57,240 nucleotides of DNA, filler included, from Sphacelaria rigidula (GCA_964200075.2; 5 parts of 5 records of this genome joined end to end with filler, not necessarily neighbours in it); one strand, 5' to 3'. Shown: positions 35,362 to 48,900, numbered from the whole stretch's first letter. Numbers and translations: made by a program. Notes: generated by a model not told the origin, from the letters alone.

Positions 35362-35884
35362 GTATGTCAGACGCAACTCAACTCTCCTTGCTATCTGTGA
35401 AGCGCCCGCGCGCGTGTGGGTGCGTGTGCAGGGGGGTGCTTGAGATGACAAGCATTCGAACTGTATATCAGGAAAATCAACGCACGTGCGCGGTACGTCT
35501 CCTCCACTTGAATAACCCCAGTGGCGGAACATATCGCTGAGTGATGCCGTATAACTCAAGCAGTGGAAAAAGGTACCACTGGGTTTTATTGTAAAACTCA
35601 TCGACTGGGAAAGGATACCGCTGAGGTATACCATATAGCTTATCCAGTGAGAAAGGTGCCTGACACATATCGTACGACTCATCCAGTGGGAGGAGGTACC
35701 GACGAGGTGTACGTACAACTAAGCCAGTGGGAATACGTACAACTCAGCTATACGGTATAACTCAGCCAGTGGAAAATGGAAAACTGATTAATGTAGCATG
35801 GTTCAGTCAGCGGGCATAGGTACCGCTGAGGTTTACAAAAATGAGCAATTTCGAGTTGACATGAATTGAGTTTTCCGACGTGTA
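35362..35884. mobile_element. MITE-like element with ~8 units of the same 42-bp palindromic repeat
   Basis: Left end TATGTCAGACGCAACTCAACTC, right end GAATTGAGTTTTCCGACGTGTA. Array at 35518-35830. Confidence 0.7.
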
Positions 35885-36445
35885 AAAACATTTTGCGGAG
35901 ACTGTGAAGCTACAGCTTGTACTTGCCCGGAAGAATGGACGAGCTGCAGCAATGTGACAGCAAGACAACTGCTAAAAACACACTGGGCGTTTCTACACAG
36001 TCATATGAAGACAACAAGGTATGGCAGTGAAGTGGAGGAAGTTATTGACAGCTTGTACACGTCATGCGTTGTTCAACACCCAGCATCACCGACACTACAC
36101 TCCGACCCCGCTTGAAAGAATGGAGTACCTCCGGACTATTTGTAGTGAGAGATGCAACCGTTGAAAGACTTACGGCGTGGTTCAACACCAGAACATCTTG
36201 CGCTTACCCTAAACTGATCACAGCAATAACCGCGACTATAGCTCAACATCCGCATATTTGGGCCGCACCCCTGGAACTAAGACCTCATTTTTGCATGCGG
36301 AAATAGTAAAATCTGGAGTAATGAGATCCTGAAAATTCACCACGAAACATCCAGATTGCGCGACACAATAGATCAATCAAGATCCTGTCACATGCCCCTA
36401 CATCCGCGCTTCGTGCCTCAGTGGAGTGCGGAGGGGGAGGGGGAG

Positions 36446-36468
36446 CGTACTCATTTGTTGCTTGCCTC
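36446..36468 (-). mobile_element. Tiny 3'-end fragment of the C-tailed LINE between two G-runs
   Basis: gcgtactcatttgttgcttgcct matches the terminus seen at 14055-14075. Confidence 0.75.
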
Positions 36469-36509
36469 GTGGGGGGGGGGCGGGGGGTGATCAAGCAAAT
36501 AATAGAGTT

Positions 36510-36905
36510 ACCAAGCGATGACAAAGGCGAGCCCGACTACAATACAACACCAAATCTTGCGGTGCCCACAAAAGGAATGGAGAACAGAGAATATCGACCG
36601 TATGAACGTATCGAGTACAAGATGACAGGAACATCCGGCATTGCTCAACACACAAGTACTTCAGAGCACTCCTGAACCCGAGGCTCGTGCCTGACTGTGA
36701 ACCTCCGGGGACAAAACAAACACGAAACAATCAAGCGATGACAACGATCAATTCGACCATAGCAGTACCCCAAATCTGACAACACCACAGGGATTATTGA
36801 CACTAATGAACACTGGATCGTTTCAAGTGTGAGAACAGCCTGACCAACATTATCTAAACACTCCAGAGCACCCCCCTGAACCCGACGCCCGTGCCTGACT
36901 GTGAA
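36510..36905. repeat. Diverged tandem duplication (~200-220 bp)
   Basis: caagcgatgacaa...ccaaatct...cagagcac..cctgaacccga.gc.cgtgcctgactgtgaa occurs twice. Confidence 0.8.
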
Positions 36906-37189
36906 AATAGCAAAGCTTAGGGTGACGGACCCTCCAACACAAAAGGTTCGAAATCTAGCGTTGCGACACGATTAACCCATCAAATAATGCCAAGCATACT
37001 GCCACGTTATCCTGTATCCGCGGTTCGTGTAAGGAAACTACAGATGAAAATGCATGACGTACCCTCTTTCTTAATACGCCTTACCCCACCCCCTTGCCTC
37101 CACCGTGCCCACACGTGGAAAATACCAATTGAGGTGCGGCATCCAACCGCGGAGCGATAGCCAGTCACACGCGTAGCGATCACCTGTGC

Positions 37190-40100
37190 TTCTCAGCCTG
37201 TCGCGCCACCAAGCTTTTCCCTCTTCCCATCTCCTAGCTCAACTCCGACGCCCAAGCTGCTTTCATGAGGTCGAACGCATTTCCGGAAGCAGTCAAGTCA
37301 TCTTTGATGGGTTTCGTGTTGATCCCGCGCATGCCCAGAGTCGGAGGCGCCTCTGCGACCGCCTTCGCGTTCGGCATCTCAAAGCCCTTGCAGGAAGGCT
37401 CTGATGCCCGCGTGTGCTACGCTGTACCCGATCATCACTGATCTCTTCGCGGCGGGGTTTGCACTGCGTTCCTTCTTCGGTTCATCCGTGGGTTCTCTGT
37501 TCTCCGTCCTCGCTGAGTCGGGACCTACGGCGGACCGGATCCCCGTTTGGCCGGGTACACTACTGCAGGTGCCTGCCCCACCGTCGGCTATGACGCCCCC
37601 CCGACGTCGACATCTCCGCCCACGGCCTGCGTGACGTCGTGAAACAAAAGGGTAAAAATCCGCTGCTGGCAACAATGCCATGGGTGAGTGACGTTTTGTT
37701 CATTGTTGTTCGCCTTCGGCTTTTCTCCTTCATTTGCTTCCTTCTCGTCGCCACCCTCCTGCACGTCGAGTGAGTTCTGCTGGCGATAGTGCTGCCTCGC
37801 GGTGACCGCCGCATATCATGAGGCGTACGGAAGCTACAGCATCCTGCGTTTCGTTATCGCGCGTGGATCAAAAGCTGTAATTGGGGCCTTCTTTTTGTTC
37901 AAAATTCCGCCACGTGCGACGTCGGGCAGTAGTCCCCTCTATTTTCGCTGTCGTTCAGAACAACACTCCAAATCGTACCGTACGGTGCTGCACCGCTACG
38001 TTTGCAGTTTAGAATGAAGCGTGTGCAGCGCCTCTAGGTGATGACTTGGCCTTGTAACGGTGCTGTACACTGTACTGGACTCTTCGTACCGCCTGTGGGG
38101 TGCAATACGGAAAGAAATAATGCACTGTGCTGTACTGTCTGTGCGCATATCTCAACATTAGGTGTGCCGCACGAATGGACCTCAGCACTGGTGTCTGCCG
38201 CGTGAGCGGCAAGACAAATTACTAGTATGGAACCAGTCGACGCAGCTGCCTTGCACGTGAAGTTGCCATGAAGGCGGGGAAACACATTCCTGCACCCGCC
38301 CCCTCGCCCCGAGCGTTTACTGGCATTTCCCGCAGAAATCATCCGTTGACCTCGATTTGTGTCTTTCCCATCATCTGGCGTTCGGTTCACCAGTCGTACA
38401 TTCTCGCCGTGGTCTCGCCCCAGATCCAGTGTCAGAAACGACATGTCGGCCGCGATCTCCTCCGTCATAGTGATGAGATCTGGTACTGCGAAAAACTACT
38501 CTCCCGAGTAGCCGGCTCGATTCGTTTGATGGCGGCTTCACTAGTACAGAAAAGTGACTACGCCGCACTTTCATGATATCCCAGGAGGGGCGTGACTCTT
38601 CGAACAGCCCAGATGATCGAAAAGTCCAGAGAGCCTTTTCAGCAATTATGCACCAGCGACCGGAAATCATACTAGTAATCACGCCCGCAAACACAAATAC
38701 ACATGTATTCGAAATAGGGTGGTATCGCCACGGCCGATTACAAGCGTACGTAATTTCGGAACATCATTGCATCCGTCTTGATGAGACAAACTTCTCATCT
38801 GGACCCGCTGTGGTGTACTGCACTTTTTGTACAGACAGTACAGTACGGCAGTACATCAATACAATACCGGGCTGAGTGCCCACGTCAGCTGCGAACGGTA
38901 GGAGCTGCCCTTGGGGCAGCTGGATTTTCACGAGTAAACAGGCCTACCACTTCCACCTATGGCGTGTCAAGCCTGGCCAAAACTTCTGCTTTCCACGTGT
39001 TCTCAGCTCTAGGGCACGCGTGTGTATCCATGCGAGGATCTGTTCCCTTTTCGAAAACTGCTCATCATGTACAAACTATTGCGTCGACTATGAAGAAAGG
39101 TACCGCGCAACATATTTCTCGGCACGAGCTTCATTCATTTTGGTCGGAATGGTACTGCGGATCAGTCGAGCAAGATCATGTTTTGTTCGTGACGTGCCGA
39201 ATCCCACGGAAGAGGTGTCGCGTACTTTCCAAAACTCCAGCAGCAACGTGCAAATTAGCAGCATTTGTTCCATGCATGTCAAGTTTCTATCGCACCTGGA
39301 AGAGTACAACCTATTTTTGACGCCCTGTGACGTCAAGGTAAGTGGCGGTAAATTACAATCAACCGTACAGTAGTCTTGAAATTCGCGAACCCCAAATCGC
39401 GGTGGAGAAAAGGCCTAAATTGCGGTGTCTAGTCAGGTCTGCTTGGCTAGTGGCGTTTTGTCGGCATTGAATTCCCCGTGGAAAGAGGATGGGCAGGCGC
39501 CGCATGAAAATAGCAAATCACCCACGTGTCGATTTTGTGTGGAACATTTTCTACCGGCACGTACCTGTTCACGCAGTAAGTATTACCATGCCATACTCGG
39601 TTCTTGAGCACACAACCATACAAATGTCAACCCTGTGCCCTCAGATTTTCCCAGCACTCGATCGTTGGTGTGAGCAATCCCTGACCGTAACTCAATCGTA
39701 CCCCATGGTTTGGATGTGAAAGCTCCACTGCGGCGAAAAGTCAAACATGGCGACCGACATTTAGGGAAAGTGCCCTGAAATCTCGTCAGAGAGTACAGTA
39801 AGTTTGCTGAGGTGGCACTGTCCGCCCAGCCCCGTTTGCAGGCGGAAAATATGGTAAATCGTTCCATCCCTTGATCAAGCCGCTCCGAACGACATACACA
39901 TAACTTTCAAGACCTGAGCGTTGCTGAGGCAGTCAGCAGATCATTGTGGGCAAAACAGTTTCCAAGAATACGAAAAAAACTCTTCCTGTCTGCTGCATCC
40001 CTGCAATAAGATGAAATCGTCATCACCTACATGTCGCTTTTTCAGGAACGAGACGAGCTTACTCGGTACATCCTCCTCACCTTACAACGCTTTGAAGCCC

Positions 40101-42060
40101 AGTCCTATATTCGACCGTGAGTCGTTCACGGAGCTCCTCAACCACGTGTAGATCATCCGCTTGCTCGTCCACTCGTAAGAACGGTCCAGACTCTTTGTCC
40201 AGCTGAAGGCAAGGATCGGTTTCGTAGTCTCCCATTTCGCTAAGGATGGCGGTCTCATGTGCTGTGGTTGGTGGCCCCGGCACGGTGTGGAAACGATCTT
40301 CTCTCCTCCTTTGAGTGCCTTCACTCGTCGTGGCAAGAGCTAGGCAGCGTTGTAGAGACTGGCAGCGATGTGTAAGCAGCCCTGACTATACAGTATAGGG
40401 TGCAGGACTGTCGTCCTCCTGTGTGGCCGGGGGGGAGGCCTCCCCGCAGTTTATTCAAAAGATGTCCTAAAACCACCCAAAATGACGGGTCTGATAATCT
40501 TACCACGGAAGAAAATAACTACTTGAAAACTGAAAAAACACTTTCATGAAAAACGTGCGGCGGCGGGCTCATAGTGATGGATTTATTTTCATAGTATAAA
40601 GACTTCTTTGAAGTAATTTAATCCACATTTTTTACCAGTCCCTCAACGTTTCATAGCGCATTTGATTGTCCAAACTCAATTTTAGTATGCACTCAGTCAC
40701 ACATGGCTTTGCCGGTCATCTGGTGCCCGCAGCCGCAGTACAGTACCGTGCGTAGGCAGGATGATATCCAAGACAACGACGGCCTCACGGGCGGTGCTCT
40801 GTCCATCGGTATACGGGTCAGTTCGCCCGATGTGTGCTTTAAGTATCGCCGTGCCCGCGGTATGGTTGCGGTGGCCGGGATTGGTGTTGCAGTCTCTATT
40901 GGCACTTAGCCTGCTGCTGCATCCTCTACGGCCTTGGATACGGGGCATGATTGAAGGTAGCTTCATCGTCGTCATTGTGTGTTCAGACAGAACATAATCC
41001 GAGAGAAGGACTGTACCCGCATCAACGCTGCTGGCTCCCTTTTGAAGGCTGTCGTGCTGTTGTTCTGGATGGCTCGCGTTGATCGGTACGGTATAGACAT
41101 GAAGAACACGGTGCCAGCTGGCTGGCCGGCGCTGGCGAATCTCCGTGCGATAATATACAGTCGGTATCGCGATGTAACGTTGTTTAGGTACAACGCTGGA
41201 GACAACCAAGCACTCTACACACAGAACATTATACATATATTATAACGTTATAACGTATTTCTATTGCGTATGCGACCCCGTGTGCCAGAACGCCGCTTCC
41301 TTTCGAAGGCACAGAGTGCGCTTCGCTTGCTTCGTGACTTGGTGCTATCAGAAATATTATCGGTGCTGACTGCACATGTTTTGTCAGCCCCCCTCCTGCA
41401 ACTGTCCTGGGCTGCAACAAGGTAACGGAGGGAAATCAAGCCCAGACCAGACGCGGACAACAAATAACCAAAGAGTGCAGTCTCCTTAACCTCTCTACGG
41501 CAGATGGTGTCTGAGTAGCGCACGTGTATCCAGCGAAAATCCCGACTAGAATCATGTAAAACAACGAAAAAAATCGCTGATTTCAGTTTTATTCGTTCAT
41601 ACCGACCCGTACCAATGAACTCGGTGCCAAAAGTTCAGTTTGAAACCTTCAAGCTAGGCATGCCCAGAACAGAAACGGGAGTAACTCTTTCGGTACTGGG
41701 CATCTACTGGCCTCAACTTCAAGGAGGAATCAGAAAAGCAACCGATCATCATTCTCGTGGACGGTGACAAAATGTAAGCATCTCTTGTCCCTGTGTGTGT
41801 TCGCGATGCTGCGTGCACTGGACTGCGGGGCAAACATGTCCCTCCGCCCCGACAAACGTCTTGACCATGAAAGCACGGCCTAAAATCAGTGAGGTTTTCG
41901 CTGGGTTGCAGGGCTGCAACTGAGTCGAGGTCCTTTTCACGCCGCTTTTCAACAAAATGCCTATCTGTCTCTTTGACTTCAGCGTGACGTTGAGATATTT
42001 TCCCTGGGGCTTTCAAAACCGGAAGCAGTTGGTCTGCGGTTCACTGTAAGTCGAATCTCG
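37190..42060 (-). pseudogene. Scattered decayed coding-like blocks of unknown family
   Basis: Protein-like minus-strand stretches broken by stops and frameshifts (e.g. IKDDLTASGNAFDLMKAAWASEL, FFAVPDLITMTEEIAADMSFLTLDLG, DDLHVVEELRERLTVEY). No recognisable motif. Confidence 0.25.
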
Positions 42061-43114
42061 CTCCATGTCTCTGGTTTATAAACGCTCGAAGAGGTGGAAC
42101 AGCCCAGCAGGGTACAGACAGTATGATGTAAGGTACTACGCGTTCAACATGCATGCACATCGTTTTTTACTGTTCGGCGTCAGTAAAAGTAAGGCTGATC
42201 TGCGGTGTCAGCGAGGGTGCTAAACAACAACGCTGTACCCTGACTGTGATGTATACAAAATGGCGGCGTCAATTGCTGCTGCAGCGACTGCGGCGGTCTA
42301 GGGTATACGGAGTACTACGTACGACGTGTAACACCGCCCATCGGTGAGTATTTTTCATGCTCGATTTCCTCGCATAATATGGTGCAAGAAATACCCACGT
42401 CTGCGGCGGTAAAGCATTTTGTTCATTTCAATAATAAAGTGCATATACTGACAGTTCGGGTGCTTTTGTTATCAAGGAAAACAAGGTTGACGGAAACATC
42501 ATGTAGGGGGTGCTATACCGCATCATCTACGGTACTGGTCTCCCTACGTTCATGAGGGCTTTTTGAAGGCGGGGTCCCACTCCATGGAGGCGCTCGTCTA
42601 TTTTTGCCATTGGTCCCACCGTAGGTAGGGCTAGATCCCCTTGAAGGCTGAGTCCCGCCTGTAGGCGGTCAACTTCTGCTGGCGCTTTATTTCACTCCCG
42701 TGATTTCGGATTCCGCCGTGTACTGCCTATACGTGAAGTACACCAGTATACAACGCGTTCAAGGTACATAGATATGAGCCACGTTGCCAAGTATACACTG
42801 GCACGTCGACCTCCAGCGTTTTCATTCATACTACTCACCTCTCTGCGTGCTATCTTGTGGTGGCCTTGCGAGCACCCGTGGGATTCACGGCAGTTCATGA
42901 ACGGCTCCACGCCCGCGGAGTAACCTCCCTGCTGAATTAAGTAAAACATGTTGAATTAAATTACGTAACCGCCGGTCATGTTCTGTGTTACGACGAGCAA
43001 AAAAAATAAGCAGCCTTGAAACAGCTGTGATTTGGCGCCGATCACATATATACTTGGAGTATCTATGATACGAGCTGGTTCAGATTGAATGCCCAAACTT
43101 CATTCCCCGGGATT

Positions 43115-43390
43115 CCCTCACGCCGTTTTTTCGAGTTAGACCACGAAAATTTGTACACATGTTCTTGACGGCACGATCTAAAACTCGAAGACCGTTTTTC
43201 TTTTTTGTGGTGTCGAGATAGTCGGGATCTGACCCCCCTCCCCGCTCAATTGGGTCAACCCCAACCTTGGATAAAAAGCCACCAACAAAAAGTTGAAGAA
43301 AAAAAGGTCTTCGAGTTTCGGATAGTGCCCTCCATAACATGTATGTGTGCAAATTTTCGTGGTCTGACTCGAAAAAACGGAGTGAGGAAA
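43115..43390. repeat. Palindromic MITE-like hairpin
   Basis: cgtttttcgagttagaccacgaaaatttgtacacatg versus tgtgtgcaaattttcgtggtctgactcgaaaaaacg, plus inner pair aaactcgaagacc / ggtcttcgagttt. Confidence 0.75.
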
Positions 43391-45773
43391 TACCAAAACG
43401 TGCGCTGAAACATAAATTAAGTCTGTAATTACTTGATTAAAGTACAGAATCGCCCGTTTGGGGGGGATTGTGTTTACGGTACAAGACCCAGCTGACTCAG
43501 TTTTTCGAGGTGAGCAACGAAAGTTGGTACACATGTTCCATGGGATACCACCTAAACCTCAAATGTCGAAATTTTGGTGTTGGGGCATTCTGTACCGATT
43601 TCCTGGGGTCTTTATGCTCGGACCTCCATCCAGAAGCCGGTAGAGAACGGAGAAACCTTTGAAATCTTGCCTAGAATATAATTTCTCCATTTGGAGCATC
43701 AATACCTACGAAATTGCCAAGTTTGAGGATGATCTGAGCTTTTCTCCCAACAGATAAAAGGGAAATCGTCTCGAGGCTCCGTGGGACTCACGTACGTATC
43801 ATGAGCGGAAATTAGACGACGCCACAGCTCCACATCACCGAAACATTACGGCTTTGGGCAAACTTCGACCCCGTTAAAACCGTTTTCAAATCTGTTTCTC
43901 CCGTTAGGTTCCCAAGCTGATGAAGGATACTATGATTTGAACCATGTGGAGATTAGGTGGAATTTGGGCTTGGATTTCGTGTTTTCAATTTCGGAACAGT
44001 TTAGAAGGCGCTGATTAGTCCAGACATATTTTTGTCTATAGCGCCACCGCTATAGCCTTGAACAAAAACCCGGCTATGTCACCCTTTTTGTCTGTTCATT
44101 GTGGTCAGTATGATACCATATTTGTGCATATTGGCTGGGTATTGCGTTCGTCATTAGCCGGGGAATAAAGTTTGGGTATTCAATCTGAACCAGGTTGTAG
44201 ATGTATATATCGACATATTATCTTGATTTACCAGGAGTTCAGCAACGACCAATAAGAGGTGGAGTGAATGAAAGCCCTGAATATGGGCAAGGATGTGATA
44301 CATCAACTATCGCCTATCGCGACGGCATCTGGCATACATTTCCTTCTTCTGAAGATGGAACGAATGCTGTCTGAAATTTCCAAGGGTCGGACAAATATTG
44401 AGTCGTCTGGAAATTACTTGGTTTTAGAATCATTGATTAAAATCGTACGAATCAATCCCTAGGCTGTGATTTCAGCGTTGCAACCCAGGTACACGCAGCC
44501 CAGACACGTGGAATGGCGCAAAAGTTGCGTGGATACCCCTTGGACCACCAGCGGTCAACTTGTTCTTCCCTTTTGGGCAATCAGGCCGAAGAAATCATGG
44601 ATTTGGTGATTCGTAGTCGTGATGATTCGTCCTAACCGTGGAAATTTCCGCTTGGTGGTGGTGTCTTCCCCTGTACATGTTTTTGGGCGTTTGTCTGGGT
44701 AGTTGGTACCGTGGGGGGCGTGCACACTGCCTTTCGGCGTTGAAGAAACACTCGTTACAAAAAAGCTGACTGTATCGCTATGTGAGTGATGTGCGGCAAA
44801 AACGGGTTGTGACGTCGTGGCGAGACAGTTCGAGGGAATTTCAATTTTCATTATCAGCAGTTTGCAGACAACTTTTCAATGAAAAAAAAGAGCATGGCGA
44901 TTTAGCGCTGGTTTTCACCGGAGTACAGTACAGCACAGTAGTATCAGGCAGTGCGGATTGTTACACCTCGGAGCGTCTTGCTGTACTGTTGTCCGTGAGG
45001 ATTTCAGTGCCATCTAAACGACTTTTTTTCGCGCCCATTTAGACTTTTGGAAGTATTATCGATTCGCCAAACGGCCCACGAAAAAATGAAAATCTGTAGT
45101 AAGTCTCTGAAAACACACACCGACGATCTCATAGAAACTAAGTATACATATTTATTGAGAGGGACATTTATTTACTGTGTTTTGTTAGAAATGAGCCGGA
45201 AAACTGTTTGTGTTGGACCAAAAACGGCCAATGACTCCCGCCTGATGAACGGGGTATCTAGTGCTTATCGCTCCAAAAACACCAACTTGGGCACTGCGGT
45301 TTCAGAGCGGCCTCTATGCTTTCCCCCTACACCACCTGCCGACGTTAGCACTTTCAAGTACTAATGAACAACAGTACTCGAGAAAAAGTCAACAATTATG
45401 ACAACCACGGATTCCGGATACTCTTGATGATGCTGACTACTTTGTCGATAACTATACTTGGACGGCCATTTAAATAGCACGACTACCCTACTAATAATAA
45501 AGAGTGAGGCTACGGTAGGGGTGCAATTTGTGAGCGAAAATATTTCTCGGGGTGTTGCACGGATCATTTTGAGAATCGGCATCATTTTCACTTAAAAAGA
45601 CTGAAAATAATGTCGATTCACGAAAAGGCCCCTCTGTATATTTCCATGTCCTGTCCCCGGAGATTTGGTTCGCACAGTACATGGCAACGGATCTTCGGCC
45701 ATTTATTATTATTATTTCCATCACATTTGCTCGATCTCTCGAACCCGTGGTCACAGAGTGCAAGGAGCATACC

Positions 45774-45873
45774 NNNNNNNNNNNNNNNNNNNNNNNNNNN
45801 NNNNNNNNNNNNNNNNNTTAATTAATTAANNNNNNNNNNNNNNNNNNNNNNNNNNNNNNNNNNNNNNNNNNNN
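45774..45873. other. Artificial 100-bp linker
   Basis: N run with TTAATTAATTAA. Confidence 0.98.
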
Positions 45874-45944
45874 AACAAGAAAAAAACAAAGAAAGAAAAA
45901 AAGAATACCTGCCAGTCCCCACAAAAAAAAAAAAAAAAAAAGAG

Positions 45945-48900
45945 GGCCACCAATACCGGTCTCTAATTCGGCCAAAGATGGCTTTGAAGGCGAGGTGACC
46001 ACCTGGCGCGGGTAAACCATGGCACGCATGAATGACTAACGAGCGAAGTGTGATGGGTACTACCACCTGATCACGGAAATCCGATCGCTTTCGCAAATTA
46101 CCCGGTAGGTATGACCTGAAAAGCCGCCCTTCAAAACGGAAAAATGACCTATCGCGTACCTGGTTTATCTACGTGGGAGTGGACTACACTCTGGTTTGCG
46201 CAGGTAGCCAACATATTGACTGTACTCTGCTTCCTGTTAGGCGGTAAAATGGCCGGGATCAACAAGGGGGAACACTGACACAGCACTCGCAAATAAATCA
46301 CGATTACTCTCCACGGGGGCGATATTATCCCAGTTGTGAGCTGAGATCTCAGACTCACGGGATGGCGGTGAATAATTCGGTTGATCGTCGGAGCATTCCG
46401 ACAAATCGTCGCAAGGCGAGGTTTCGAGACAATATCCCCTCCATTAGTATCGCCAACTAGGCGTGACAGCGCATCGGGTACGATGTTTGATTTACCCGGG
46501 ATATGCTTGACTGTAAAATCAAAGCTTTGCGGTTAAATTGACCAACAGGTCGAGCATGTTACTGGTGTCCTGCATCTGATGCAGATGACAGAGCGCTTGA
46601 TCATCCGTGTAGACCGTATTACCTCACACGTACGGGCGAAAATGCATTAGCGTGAAGACTACGCCGCAATATTGTTCGTTGGTCGGACCAAAGTGAGGCT
46701 TAATTTGGAAAACGTCTACTAACGTACGCGCTAATACTAACATCATCGAGGAATTTAGAGTTCAAGGTGGCGTCACGAAAACACCCACCCAGAGCAACCT
46801 CTGAGGCGTCCATGTGAACTACGAACTCTTTTGTGAAATCCGGAAATTGCAAAGCTGGTGCTGCAATTCACACCCGTTTGATGAGATCAATAGCTGCGAA
46901 CTGTTCAGGACCCCGGGCTCTTAAGTACTTATGTTTTTTCACAACCTTCTTGTGCGAGAGTGATGAGGGGACCAGTAATTTCGGCGTAATCCTTGATCAA
47001 ATGCCTGAAAACATTCACCATATTATCTTAGACTGACCGAAGTTGTTTGAATTGCTTGGGGGGTTCGAGATCGCAGATGGCTTTGATGCGGCCTTGACCG
47101 ATGGAGATCTCGTCGGCAGAGATGTGACCTAGATACGCGACTCCCTCAAGACCGAACTGAATTTTGACCGGTTTGAGGCTCGGACCTGCTGCTTGTACTC
47201 CGAAATCATGAAACGAGGGGACTTGAGTTGTTTGTCGAATGTTTTACTGGTGCACGAAATATCATTCGTGTTACACAGTATACCAGAGTCTGGACCCAGA
47301 TGGCCGAAGGTGATAGACATCATACGTTCATCCAAGGAAGGGGCAGACATGGCACCAACCGCCATGCGTAAAAACACATATATATCGAACGGAGTAGTGA
47401 AAACCGTCTTGTCTACATTCTCAGCTGCGACAGGAAGTTCCCGGAGGTCCGACATGACGTCCTTGACAGTGATGAAACGAGCACCGCCGATAGCGTTCAT
47501 ACATGCATCCATATTAACAAGCACCAAGATTTAGGGATTAGATACTTGTTGCGGGTGTTACGATAATCAACGCAAAATCTCGGTGAGCCAGCTTTTGGTT
47601 TTGCGAGGATACATCACGGGGAACTCCGAGCGCTCACGCGGTTTTCAATGATTTCCCATTCCAGCATAACTTTGGCATATTTCTCGATAGCTTCGGCTGT
47701 ACGGGGGTTGGAACGGTACGGTGATTTCTCGACTGGACCAGTATCTGGGGGGATGGGAAAAGTGTACGGTGCAAGTATGCATAGACAACGAAAACACCAG
47801 CCGGGATTCGGCACACACGTCACGAACACGGTGCTGCTGTTCTATTGTGGAGGTATAGTATCACGGGAGGCACAAGGCAGGAGATCTTGGAGATCATCCT
47901 TAGCCTTACGCGAAACCATCGGGGTGCAGGGACTTTTGGCTACTGCATTTACGTGCATGTCGCGGGATCGACTACAGTGACAGTGTACAGGGTACAAAAA
48001 CTAAGTCTATGGGTAACGACACGGCTTCAGACAATGTGTCTGCAGTTTGGACTACTATAAAACAACAGCTGAGGATCAGTGAGATGAAGTACGAGCGACT
48101 TTAAACAACTCAAAAACGACGAGATCTTCTGCTGTTGACATTTCATCCGCTCTGACCAATCGAGGTTCAACAACAACGAACAATGTTTTCGTGAGATTGA
48201 GAGTAGAAGATAAGATTGAGAGTGGGAAGCGGTTGATTAGATAATAAATCGTTTTTATTTCAAAATGCCCCTCCACGAGGCCCGATATGCTTTCTACAGC
48301 AGCTTGTCACTGAGGTCCTTGATATCCCTGAGTAGGATACCGACGTCTAGCTGTAAGCTCACGCTAGTGATGGGGGCAAAGAAATGCATACACGGAATGA
48401 AAATATGGCTGAGAGCAAGCGAGAAAGCAAAGCCCCTCTCAATCAGCGCTCTACTCTTGATCTAATGAAAACGTTGTTGACGGTACAGTCACGGATAGGA
48501 CGACAGTCTGTGAGCGCTAGAAGGAGAGCCTTGTGGAGAGGTTCGGTAGTAATGCGTTCTAGCAAGGTGACAGATATTTGTGGAGCATTGACATGTAATG
48601 CTGCTACGGTAGACTTGAGTCAGCTCGGAGGGCGGGACAAGGTGTTGACTGCAGTGTACTGCGTGAATGGTTTGATTTTCCGCCGAAGAGGACAACGTCT
48701 GAGTTGATCCGTTCAGTGTAGCGCCGAATTTTGACATGCAGTGGTGTTCAAGAAGTTAAGAACCAGGACCTAATAATTGGACAGCAAGTGCTTCGACGCG
48801 ACGGGTGACATTACGAGGGTTAATGAAAATGTTACGAACCCAAGGACACCGACTGGCGAACTATTTGCTGCACGGAGCGGAATGACTGCCGGAGTTACAG

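Noticed and set aside
34480..35830. CRISPR-like or attC-like array
   Set aside because: The whole 42-bp unit repeats with no unique spacers or cassettes
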